39,455 nt of DNA from Candidatus Hydrogenedentota bacterium. GTDB taxonomy: Bacteria; Hydrogenedentota; Hydrogenedentia; Hydrogenedentales; GCA-2746185. Made by a program: the position numbers and the translations under genes. Shown here piece by piece: positions 30,203 to 38,328 of this stretch (position 1 is its first letter; each line of letters begins with the position of its first letter). The DNA lies in contig JAYGCN010000316.1 in the NCBI GenBank assembly GCA_046583315.1, positions 1 through 39,455 on the forward strand. The letters are read 5' to 3'. Under the pieces are notes generated by a model, which had not been told where the DNA came from, ran no database searches, and worked only from the letters and a program-made list of their open reading frames with translations.

Positions 30203-32395
30203 ATGCGAAAACTTGTTTTACTGGGCGGTGGACATAGCCAGATTGAGGTGTTGCGGCAGTTCGCGATGCACCCGGTTGATGACGTGGCGATTACGTTGGT
30301 GACGCGTGAACTGATGGCGCCGTATTCGGGTATGCTGCCGGGTTTCATCGCGGGACATTACACGCACGGCGAGGCCCATATCGACTTGAGGAGTCTTGCC
30401 GAAGCGGCGGGTGCGCGCGTGGTGTTTGCTGAAGCCTGCAAAGTCGATGCAGAGAAGAAAGCAGTGCTTTTTGACGACCGTCCAGCGCTCGACTACGATC
30501 TGCTCTCGATCAACATCGGCTCCCGTCCCGTCATGACCGATATTCCCGGTGCACGCGATTACGCGTTGCCGTCCAAGCCGGTCGACCAGCTCATCGAAGG
30601 CTGGGAACGGATTCAGCAGGATGCGCTTGCCTCGAACGATCCTTACACGATTACGATTGTCGGCGCGGGTGCGGGGGGCGTGGAACTGGCGCTCACCATG
30701 CAGTATCATCTGAAGACGACCCACACGCAGAGCACGGATACACCTTTCAATGTGCGTATTAACGTCGTCACCGATGACGATAAAATTCTTCCCACGCATA
30801 ATGAGGGCGTACGCACACGCATTATGCGGCTCATGCACGAGCGCGACATTCAAATTCATCTGTTGCAGCGCGTTACTGAAGTCGTGGAGGGATCGATTGC
30901 TACTCAAGAGGCAGACCGCTTCGACTTCGACGCGCTCATCTGGGTCACGAACGCCGCCGCGCCATTCTGGTTGCGCGAGTCGGCTATACAGACGAACGAC
31001 GAGGGATTTATTCTGATTGATCAGACCTTGCGTTCGACGTCGCACAGAGAAATTTTTGCAACGGGTGACATCGCGACACTGGAAAATTTTTCGCGTTCCA
31101 AGTCCGGCGTGTTCGCGGTTCGTCAAGGCCCTTACCTGGCCAAAAACATCCGTCACGCACTCACGGGCGAGTCCCTCGAAGAGTATGTGCCGCAAGAAAA
31201 ATTCCTTTCCCTCATCGGCACCGGCAACAAGAGCGCGATCGCATCAAAAGGGAATTTCTCCGCGCAGGGTCCGCACATCTGGGCCTGGAAGGATTACATC
31301 GATCGCAAGTTCATGAACATGTACGGCATGGTCACGATGAATTCCGGCGACTCTCAGGATGACATGGCCATGTCCCCCATGCACTGCGCGGGTTGCGGCT
31401 CCAAAGTAGGCGCACGTGTCTTGAGCCAATCGCTCTCCAGACTGCGCGAGGCGCACCCAGAAGCGGGTGAGCGCATCAGTTATGGGGACGATGCCGCTCT
31501 CGTAGCCTATCCCCAAGGCAAACAAGTCGCCATCACGGTCGATCACTTCAAGTCCTTCATCGACGATCCCTATCTACTCGGCAAAATCACCGCGACGCAT
31601 TGCCTGAGCGACATCTACGCCATGGGTGGACGGCCCCATAACGTGCTCGCATCGGTCACCCTGCCTCACGCGCTCGAAGACCACTACGGCGACGTATTAT
31701 ACGAGCTACTCGAAGGCACCTTCGCGACGCTTGAGGCCGATGGCGCAGCATTGGTCGGTGGACATACTGCGCAGGGTGAAGATTTTTTTTACGGACTCAC
31801 CGTAAACGGAGTCATGGACGATGCGCCCATCGAAAAACACGGTGCTTGCACGGGAGACGTAATTATTCTCACGAAGGCCATCGGTACCGGCACCGTACTC
31901 GCGGGCGACATGCGCAGACTCACGCAGAACACCTGGCTGCTCGGTGCGATTGATTCCATGACGGCCTCCAACCGCGAGGCCACCGCAATTTTTCGCGAAC
32001 ACCATGCCACGGCGCTGACCGACATCACGGGATTTGGTCTGGCAGGCCATCTGCTCGAAATGTTGGGCGATCAAACGACGGCCGAGGTCGCACTGGAAGA
32101 CGTGCCGCTGCTGCCCGGTGCATTGCGACTGAGCCGCGACGCAATTCGAAGTACGCTGTTCCCGGAAAATGTCCGTGTCGAAGATCAGATTACGAACGCG
32201 GCCGACTTCCAGAAATTCGATTGCTATCCCCTGCTTTTTGATCCGCAAACCTCTGGCGGACTACTCGCTACCGTACCCGAACATAACGCTCGGGCCTGTG
32301 TCGAAGCGTTACAGGAAACAACGGGACAATGCGCTACCATCATCGGACACATCACCAACGACTCGTCCGCGCCCGGCACGATCACCTTAAGTTAA
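30203..32395 (+). CDS. selD: Selenide,water dikinase fused to N-terminal FAD-dependent (NDH-2/AIF-like) oxidoreductase
   Basis: LGGGHS, YSGMLPG, GAGAGGVE, FATGD, KSGVFAVRQG, WKDYIDRKF; SelD part MHCAGCGSKV, GDDAA, LSDIYAMGG, GGHT, LTKAIGTG, TDITGFGLAGHL, DPQTSGGLL. Confidence 0.93.
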   Translation: MRKLVLLGGGHSQIEVLRQFAMHPVDDVAITLVTRELMAPYSGMLPGFIAGHYTHGEAHIDLRSLAEAAGARVVFAEACKVDAEKKAVLFDDRPALDYDLLSINIGSRPVMTDIPGARDYALPSKPVDQLIEGWERIQQDALASNDPYTITIVGAGAGGVELALTMQYHLKTTHTQSTDTPFNVRINVVTDDDKILPTHNEGVRTRIMRLMHERDIQIHLLQRVTEVVEGSIATQEADRFDFDALIWVTNAAAPFWLRESAIQTNDEGFILIDQTLRSTSHREIFATGDIATLENFSRSKSGVFAVRQGPYLAKNIRHALTGESLEEYVPQEKFLSLIGTGNKSAIASKGNFSAQGPHIWAWKDYIDRKFMNMYGMVTMNSGDSQDDMAMSPMHCAGCGSKVGARVLSQSLSRLREAHPEAGERISYGDDAALVAYPQGKQVAITVDHFKSFIDDPYLLGKITATHCLSDIYAMGGRPHNVLASVTLPHALEDHYGDVLYELLEGTFATLEADGAALVGGHTAQGEDFFYGLTVNGVMDDAPIEKHGACTGDVIILTKAIGTGTVLAGDMRRLTQNTWLLGAIDSMTASNREATAIFREHHATALTDITGFGLAGHLLEMLGDQTTAEVALEDVPLLPGALRLSRDAIRSTLFPENVRVEDQITNAADFQKFDCYPLLFDPQTSGGLLATVPEHNARACVEALQETTGQCATIIGHITNDSSAPGTITLS

Positions 32396-33820
32396 CACGC
32401 CAACATCGTCAAACCAATGCTCCAGAGATGCGGCGTAAAAATTGAGCAGGACGACGCTGTCCGGATTCGCAGAGAAGTGACCGTTCGATTCGAGAATCAT
32501 TCCATGATGCGCCATCATCTGTAGTCCACGCTCAATGGTCGCCTCCTTCGGCTTTTCGTGATCCCGAATCGGCGCGCCAAGAGCCTGAAGTTGTTCGACA
32601 ATCTCCATTGTCTGGCTCTTCAATTCAAAGGCTGTGAATTCCGAATCGAGGTTGTCCAAAAATACCTTCGAGAGAACCGGCACCGGCAGAATCGGCATCA
32701 CGAAACCCACTTCACCCATCAGAAAATCGGCCAGATCCTTGGTCGCCTCGAATCGTTCATCGTCCGACACACCGTCAAAGCGCGTATCGTGCGACGCGCA
32801 GTAATCCCGTATCGAAATCGGTCTTCCAAAATTGACCCCGGCATAACCAAACCGCGAGTGGCGGCGTTTCGTCCCCCACGCGAGATGCTTTCGATAGAAT
32901 CGAAACCCGTCACGAATCATCGACCATTTGGAGGGGCGCGGCTCGTCTTTGTTTCGACGTCGAATCAAATTGCGGTCCTCGACGATGCGGTCGTAATTGA
33001 TCGCAATGGGTACGAAAACAATATCGCGATCTGTGTCCGGTTGATAGTGCCTCAACATATAGTTCAGAAATCCCATCCGTGGTTCACGCATTTTTCCGTC
33101 GTGACTGAGTCCGCCTTCAAGAAAGACCGCCTGGCACACGCCTTCCTTCGTCGCCATGTGCACGTATCGCTGAAGAATGCGACGATACAATGTGTTGCCA
33201 GAATTGCGACGCACGAAGAAGGCGCCCATCGCGCGTATCAAGACGTTCAGCGGCCACACCTGCGCCCATTCCCCGACGGCATAGGACAAGGTTGATTCAC
33301 GCGCAACGAGATACGACACCAGCATGTAGTCCATGTTGCTGCGATGATTCATCACAAAGACGACGGTGGCCTCAGGATCGATCGCCTCGATGGCCTTCTG
33401 ATCAAACACCCGGACGCGCACTCGATAAAGAAGTTTTGAGAATTTGCGCGAGATCCAGTAGCCCACGCGAAAATACACATAGGCATTAAAGGCCGGCACG
33501 ATTTCCCGAGCATACTCAACGACTTGCGCCTGAGCGACATCGCGCGGCATGCCTTTTTCGTCGGCATATTGCTGCATGGCGAGCAACACTTCCGAGTCAT
33601 AAACCAGACGATCGATCAAGACTTGCCGCTTGGTGAGATGAAAAGGGCGTACGGTTATCCGTAAGCGAATGTTGAATTCTGATATGGCACGATTCACCTT
33701 GCGACGGATATACCAGCGAACACTGGGAATGAGCAAGCGGTCAAAGGCTGCCCACGCGGAAAAGACACCCAATAGGATGAAGGCCCAAAACGGTATAACA
33801 ATCGGCTCATTCAAAAACAT
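32387..33820 (-). CDS. Glycerol-3-phosphate O-acyltransferase-like (PlsB family) protein
   Basis: NHRSNMDY (HxxxxD), GAFFVRR, FLEGGLS.DG, PIAINYD, FGRPIS; start uncertain. Confidence 0.8.
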   Translation of the reverse strand: MFLNEPIVIPFWAFILLGVFSAWAAFDRLLIPSVRWYIRRKVNRAISEFNIRLRITVRPFHLTKRQVLIDRLVYDSEVLLAMQQYADEKGMPRDVAQAQVVEYAREIVPAFNAYVYFRVGYWISRKFSKLLYRVRVRVFDQKAIEAIDPEATVVFVMNHRSNMDYMLVSYLVARESTLSYAVGEWAQVWPLNVLIRAMGAFFVRRNSGNTLYRRILQRYVHMATKEGVCQAVFLEGGLSHDGKMREPRMGFLNYMLRHYQPDTDRDIVFVPIAINYDRIVEDRNLIRRRNKDEPRPSKWSMIRDGFRFYRKHLAWGTKRRHSRFGYAGVNFGRPISIRDYCASHDTRFDGVSDDERFEATKDLADFLMGEVGFVMPILPVPVLSKVFLDNLDSEFTAFELKSQTMEIVEQLQALGAPIRDHEKPKEATIERGLQMMAHHGMILESNGHFSANPDSVVLLNFYAASLEHWFDDVGVLT

Positions 33821-33989
33821 GGTGTATAACCCCTGCCAATCAGGCATCGTCCCAAGACTCCACGATACAAGAAGCACTGAAACCCATGCAAGATTCGAAA
33901 CCAATGCCCTTGACCTCGCGTCACACTTCGTGCAGACTGAATATAATTCCGTGGGCGCGGTATACCTTATATATGGAAAGGTTCTAAAC

Positions 33990-34805
33990 ATGTCTGACGA
34001 AGAATCGCAATCCGAAACAACCGAAGCTCCGGCTGAAGCAGAACCGGAAGCGACTGAGACCCCCTCCGAGACCGTAACAACGCCTGAAGCGTCGACCGCA
34101 CCCGTGCGCGAACCCTCACGCCTGGAGGTCTATTTTCCCCGTTCGGTCGAAGGCGATCGCACCGCCATCCACGTCGCTTCCTTCCCGTCCATCGTGTACT
34201 TCTGGCCCACCATCTCGATGTTTTATCTGTGCGGCATCCTTCAAAGTCTCGAATGGGTCAACCCCGGCACACTCGGCTGGATGGCCATCGGTACGTTTTC
34301 GCTCAATGTACTCGTGATCGTTCAAGATTTCGACCAGAAAAAATTCGTTATCCTGATGCTTGTAATTGTTGTGGGAGGATTGGGCGCGTGGATCGTTGAT
34401 ATGAAAGGCTTCGAGTTTCTACGCAACATCACCAATTACCTAATCGGCCTCAGCCCGAACATGAGCACCTCCGCCTACCTGCTATTCGGCGTTACGCTCA
34501 CCCTACTTTTTTGCTGGGGCATGATACGCCCACTTTTTGATTACTGGCGACTCGAGCACAACGAGTTCGTCCACTACATCCAACCCTTCGGCCGCGACAT
34601 GAGCATTCCCAGAATGGGCAGCACAGTCAGTAAGGGCATTCCCGACATCCTGGAATTTATCCTGACCTTCGGCGGCGGCTCACTGATCATTCGAAGAGAA
34701 GGCGAAGTCGTCGCCACCATCCCCCACATCCCCTTCCTCGGACGCCGCATGAAAGTCATCGAGAAAATGCTCTCCGAACAACGCGTGACGACCTACGATA
34801 ATTAG
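33990..34805 (+). CDS. Hypothetical membrane protein
   Basis: Acidic low-complexity N-terminus, about 4 TM segments, soluble C-terminus; the longer ORF start overlaps the opposite-strand gene. Confidence 0.75.
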   Translation: MSDEESQSETTEAPAEAEPEATETPSETVTTPEASTAPVREPSRLEVYFPRSVEGDRTAIHVASFPSIVYFWPTISMFYLCGILQSLEWVNPGTLGWMAIGTFSLNVLVIVQDFDQKKFVILMLVIVVGGLGAWIVDMKGFEFLRNITNYLIGLSPNMSTSAYLLFGVTLTLLFCWGMIRPLFDYWRLEHNEFVHYIQPFGRDMSIPRMGSTVSKGIPDILEFILTFGGGSLIIRREGEVVATIPHIPFLGRRMKVIEKMLSEQRVTTYDN

Positions 34806-34822
34806 ATACGAGAATATATACC

Positions 34823-36235
34823 ATGACGTTTTCAGATGCTTCGACAAGTCTAGTCATTGGGCTGCTCGTCGCGCACATACAGCCAGCCGCATTGGCTGCC
34901 CCTTCGGATTCCATCACTTATTACCGCGACGTAGCGCCGATTTTTGAAGCGCATTGCGTCACCTGCCATCGAGCCAACGAGGTCGCACCGATGTCGCTCA
35001 TGGAGTACGATCAGGTGCGCCCCTGGGCGAAGTCAATCAAAGAACAGGTGTCCAAAAAGATTATGCCACCGTTCCATGCCGACGGCCCCATCGGTCGATA
35101 CGAAAACGACTTGCGCCTCACAGATGATCATATTTCCACCGTGGCCGACTGGGTGGACCAGGGCGCACGCCGAGGAAAGCCCTAAGAGTTTCAACGAGAA
35201 AGAACATGGGAGTCACAAGAATGGCCGGCAGGCGTGCCCGATCTGATCGTCAATTTTCCGCGTCACGAATTGAAAACCGACGGCTTCGATCCCTACGTCT
35301 ATTTATTCACTGAGCATGAATTTACTGAGCACTTGTGGATTCGAGGATTCGACTGGAATTTCACGAACAAAAAATTCATACATCACGCCATCGCATTCGA
35401 ACTGGGGCCAGGATTCCCCAAGCCACCGGGTAAAATTTATGACGCGCTCAAAGTAGGCTTTCCCGCACGCCGAAGCGGCGCAGGTGCCGCCGATTACCTG
35501 CCCGGCTCAGGCCCGCGATTCTATCCCAAGCACGCCGCAATGCTGATTCCCAAGGGCGCTGTCATGTACGGAGTGTTTCATTATGCGCCGACTACTCAAT
35601 CCGACACCTGGGATCGGCCACAACTCGGACTCTATCTCGCGAACGGTGCCGTCAAGCGCCCTTACATGCGCCTCGACCTCACGTCCGATGACATCTTGAT
35701 CCAGCCCGGCGATTCCACGTACACGCAAATCATTTCGGGCATATTCCCGATGGATGCCTACGTGTCCGACTTTCATATTCACATGCACAATCGCGGGAAA
35801 AGCGGCACGATAAATATCACCTACTCCGATGGAAAAAAAGAAAACCTGTTCAGCATTCCCAACTTCAATTTCGATTGGCAGCGGCACTACTACCTGAAAG
35901 AACCGAAATTGATTCCCGCAGGAACCAAAGCCGAATTCATAGCCGTCTGGGACAACAGCGCGGACAATCCGAACAATCCCGATCCGACGGCAACGGTCGA
36001 ATACGGATCACTCACGCAAAACGAAATGGGCAACGCCAACATTACCTATACCTCAACAACCGACCTCCCCAACACGATCGCCGTGGAGAACGATCGAAAA
36101 ATCGGCCTCGCCCAATTGGCGGATAAAGTGCGCGTTATGTACCGAGCCGAAGTTCTCGCATTCCTCCAAAGCCTTAGCGCCGATCAGGCCGTGAGTATCC
36201 GAGGCATCTGGGAAAAAGCGAATGGGGAACTCTGA
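34823..36235 (+). pseudogene. Exported cytochrome c + copper type II (PHM/DBM-like) monooxygenase-domain protein with one in-frame TAA
   Basis: CVTCH heme motif, APMSL, IMPP; HHA, HIHMH.RGKS, FNFDWQRHY, WDNS..NP.NPDP, NEM; both ORFs share a frame across TAA at 35183-35185. Confidence 0.8.
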
Positions 36236-36297
36236 CACGAGTCATTCACGAATGCCAGATTCAATAAATCCACTTTCACCGAAAAGTGAAGGCAAAA

Positions 36298-36393
36298 TGG
36301 CGGAAGTGGATGGGAATCGAACCCACCGCGCGAGCTCACACCCGCGCCACTGGTTTTGAAGACCAGGGCCATCACCAGATGACAATCACCTCC
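36298..36393 (-). tRNA. selC: tRNA-Sec (anticodon UCA)
   Basis: 96 nt; 6-bp D stem GTCATC/GATGGC with 4-nt loop, CTGGT-CTTCAAA-ACCAG anticodon arm, long variable arm, GTGGG-TTCGATT-CCCAT T arm, GCCA end. Confidence 0.95.
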
Positions 36394-36430
36394 GTGTAAA
36401 ATCAAGCTATTCTTTCGTATTTGGATCTCC

Positions 36431-36439
36431 ATTTTAGCA
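36431..36439 (-). promoter_or_regulatory. Putative extended -10 promoter of selC
   Basis: TGcTAAAAT about 38 nt upstream of the tRNA 5' end, unchanged in the duplicate at 37917-37925. Confidence 0.5.
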
Positions 36440-36888
36440 GATCCGCGAAGAAATCAAAAATTAGTGTGACAAGAGTGTGACATTTCGATCTGCGTGTATG
36501 ATTCATTTCGCGCGGCGCGGTTGAACACTTTCTTGGTGAGCGGAATAATCGGAAAGTAGACAAACTGAATTCGAGTTTATCAGTCGACAAAAAAATTACG
36601 CATTCAGAGAGAGAGATCCGTAGTAAATGAAGAGTATTCCGATGATGACTCCGGCCAGGCCCTCGTATGTAATTCATGACTCCGGAGGTGTCTTCGGGTA
36701 TGATTGATTCGACCATGGCCCAGTACGGGCACAACTCAATAACGGCAAACGGAAGTATTGCCGCATAGAAGCCATAAAAAAGTGAATATTCAATCAACTA
36801 AGGGGTATATAGTTGAATAACCTCTGGTTTTAGGGGCTTTTGAGACGTGCTTGTGAAATGCGCAGGCCGCTCGCACAGGAGAAATTCA

Positions 36889-37254
36889 ATGATAGAATTT
36901 GCGCTCGTACTCACCTGTTTGTTCGCCGGAACAATCGTGTTCTTCGCGGTGAGAGCGGAATTTTTTTTCGAGATGGTGGATTCCTTGACGCTGAGGCGGC
37001 TTCTCGTCGCGGGTGCGATTCGCATCGTGTTCGGGGTTGTTCTAATTGGAGCAGCGGCGGCGTCAGGCATGCCAACGTTTTTGAAGATTCTGGGTGTCTT
37101 GTTCATATTGGGTGGAATCTCCACTCCGATAATTGGCGTAGATAATATTCGTGCGATGGCTGCGATATATCAGCGTAATGCCTGGATTTTCAGGATGGTT
37201 TGCGTGGTTCCCCTCCTATTGTTTGGATTCGTTGCGTACGCGCTTGGACGATGA
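36889..37254 (+). CDS. Small multi-TM membrane protein (paralog 1)
   Basis: AGGAG RBS; AIRIVFGVVLIGAAAASGMPTFLKILGVL. Confidence 0.75.
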   Translation: MIEFALVLTCLFAGTIVFFAVRAEFFFEMVDSLTLRRLLVAGAIRIVFGVVLIGAAAASGMPTFLKILGVLFILGGISTPIIGVDNIRAMAAIYQRNAWIFRMVCVVPLLLFGFVAYALGR

Positions 37255-37317
37255 AACGAAGTTGATCCGGACGCGGTTCGCGCGTTCTAAAGAATCACTA
37301 CTGACGGGAGAGATCGA

Positions 37318-37725
37318 GTGAGAAAATCAGCCTTTCTATTTACGTCGTTCTATGCAGTTGTCCTGTTCATCCTCCTGCTGAAACCGGGCCTGTTTATTCA
37401 AGCCCTGGAGTCCATGTCGTGGCGGTGGATCATGCTCGAGGAAGCCATTCGCGGCGGCTTCGCGGTGAGCCTGTTTGGAGCCGCATCCACTTCACGCATG
37501 CCGGTGTTCCTGCGGGTTATCGGTGTACTGACGATCGCTGAGGGGTTCTGCTACGTCATCATTGGGAGTGAAGGTCTCCTCGCAATCAATGATGCGATGA
37601 TTGGCGAAAACATTGCGCTCTTCAGGGCTGCGATAGTGGGTACTTTGATGCTCATGGGCGTTATCGCGTTCGGGCTTATGTCGCCTCGCGAGGACGAAGC
37701 AGTGCCGCAGGGAATACCCCAGTAG
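37318..37725 (+). CDS. Small multi-TM membrane protein (paralog 2)
   Basis: GGGAG RBS; AIRGGFAVSLFGAASTSRMPVFLRVIGVL aligns with paralog 1. Confidence 0.75.
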   Translation: MRKSAFLFTSFYAVVLFILLLKPGLFIQALESMSWRWIMLEEAIRGGFAVSLFGAASTSRMPVFLRVIGVLTIAEGFCYVIIGSEGLLAINDAMIGENIALFRAAIVGTLMLMGVIAFGLMSPREDEAVPQGIPQ

Positions 37726-37837
37726 AATCGGCATAGGAAGTAGATCGAAGGGCAGAAAAGCGGGCTAGGCGGGAGCACTCAACTAGAGATCATACGGTGG
37801 ATGAAATGGGGCTCGAAAGCACGAAAACAAAGTCATC

Positions 37838-37879
37838 GGTTTTGAAGACCAGGGCCATCACCAGATGACAATCACCTCC
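37838..37879 (-). repeat. Duplicated 5' half of tRNA-Sec (att-like fragment)
   Basis: Identical to tRNA nt 1-42 (GGAGGTGA...CTTCAAAACC); identity stops 3 nt past the anticodon loop. Confidence 0.9.
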
Positions 37880-38328
37880 GTGTAGAATCAAGCTATTCAT
37901 TCATATTTCGATCTGTATTTTAGCAGATTCGGGTATAAATCTAAAATTAGTGTGACAAAATTGTGACACGAAATTCAAAGTACGGACCAGCACACTTCAT
38001 GAAATACATATTCAGCGATTGGTTTCAATAGTGAAAGTTCATGTAGCCCCATGTTAGTCAAAACAGTTAGCGTGAAAGATTTTAAACAGAGAATCGAAGA
38101 AGGTGTTTAGGTAGGCCTCTTATGGAACAAGGATTTAATTTGAACACAACCCAGGGCAGAACCTTTGCTACCCCGAAAACTCAGTCTACTCCACCAGTGA
38201 TACTACACTTTTCCTTTGAATTATTCGTACCTGTCTGCTATGATTCTGCCGTGTATTGGTCGGCGTGTTCGGAGATCCCATTGATGTACCAGGTACAATT
38301 CCTATGGCAACGAAACCGCATTGAAAAT

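Larger units (their letters stand above)
36352..37968. mobile_element. Integrase-free genomic islet at tRNA-Sec bounded by 131-bp direct repeats
   Basis: 36352-36482 and 37838-37968 align without gaps: 42 tRNA nt identical, 13 mismatches in 89 upstream nt. Confidence 0.75.

Noticed and set aside
36402..36797. 131-aa minus-strand ORF as an intact gene or integrase
   Set aside because: No R-H-R-Y recombinase motifs, runs through the selC promoter block, looks like a frameshifted remnant.
37838..37879. Second functional tRNA-Sec gene
   Set aside because: Lacks the variable arm, T arm and 3' acceptor strand.
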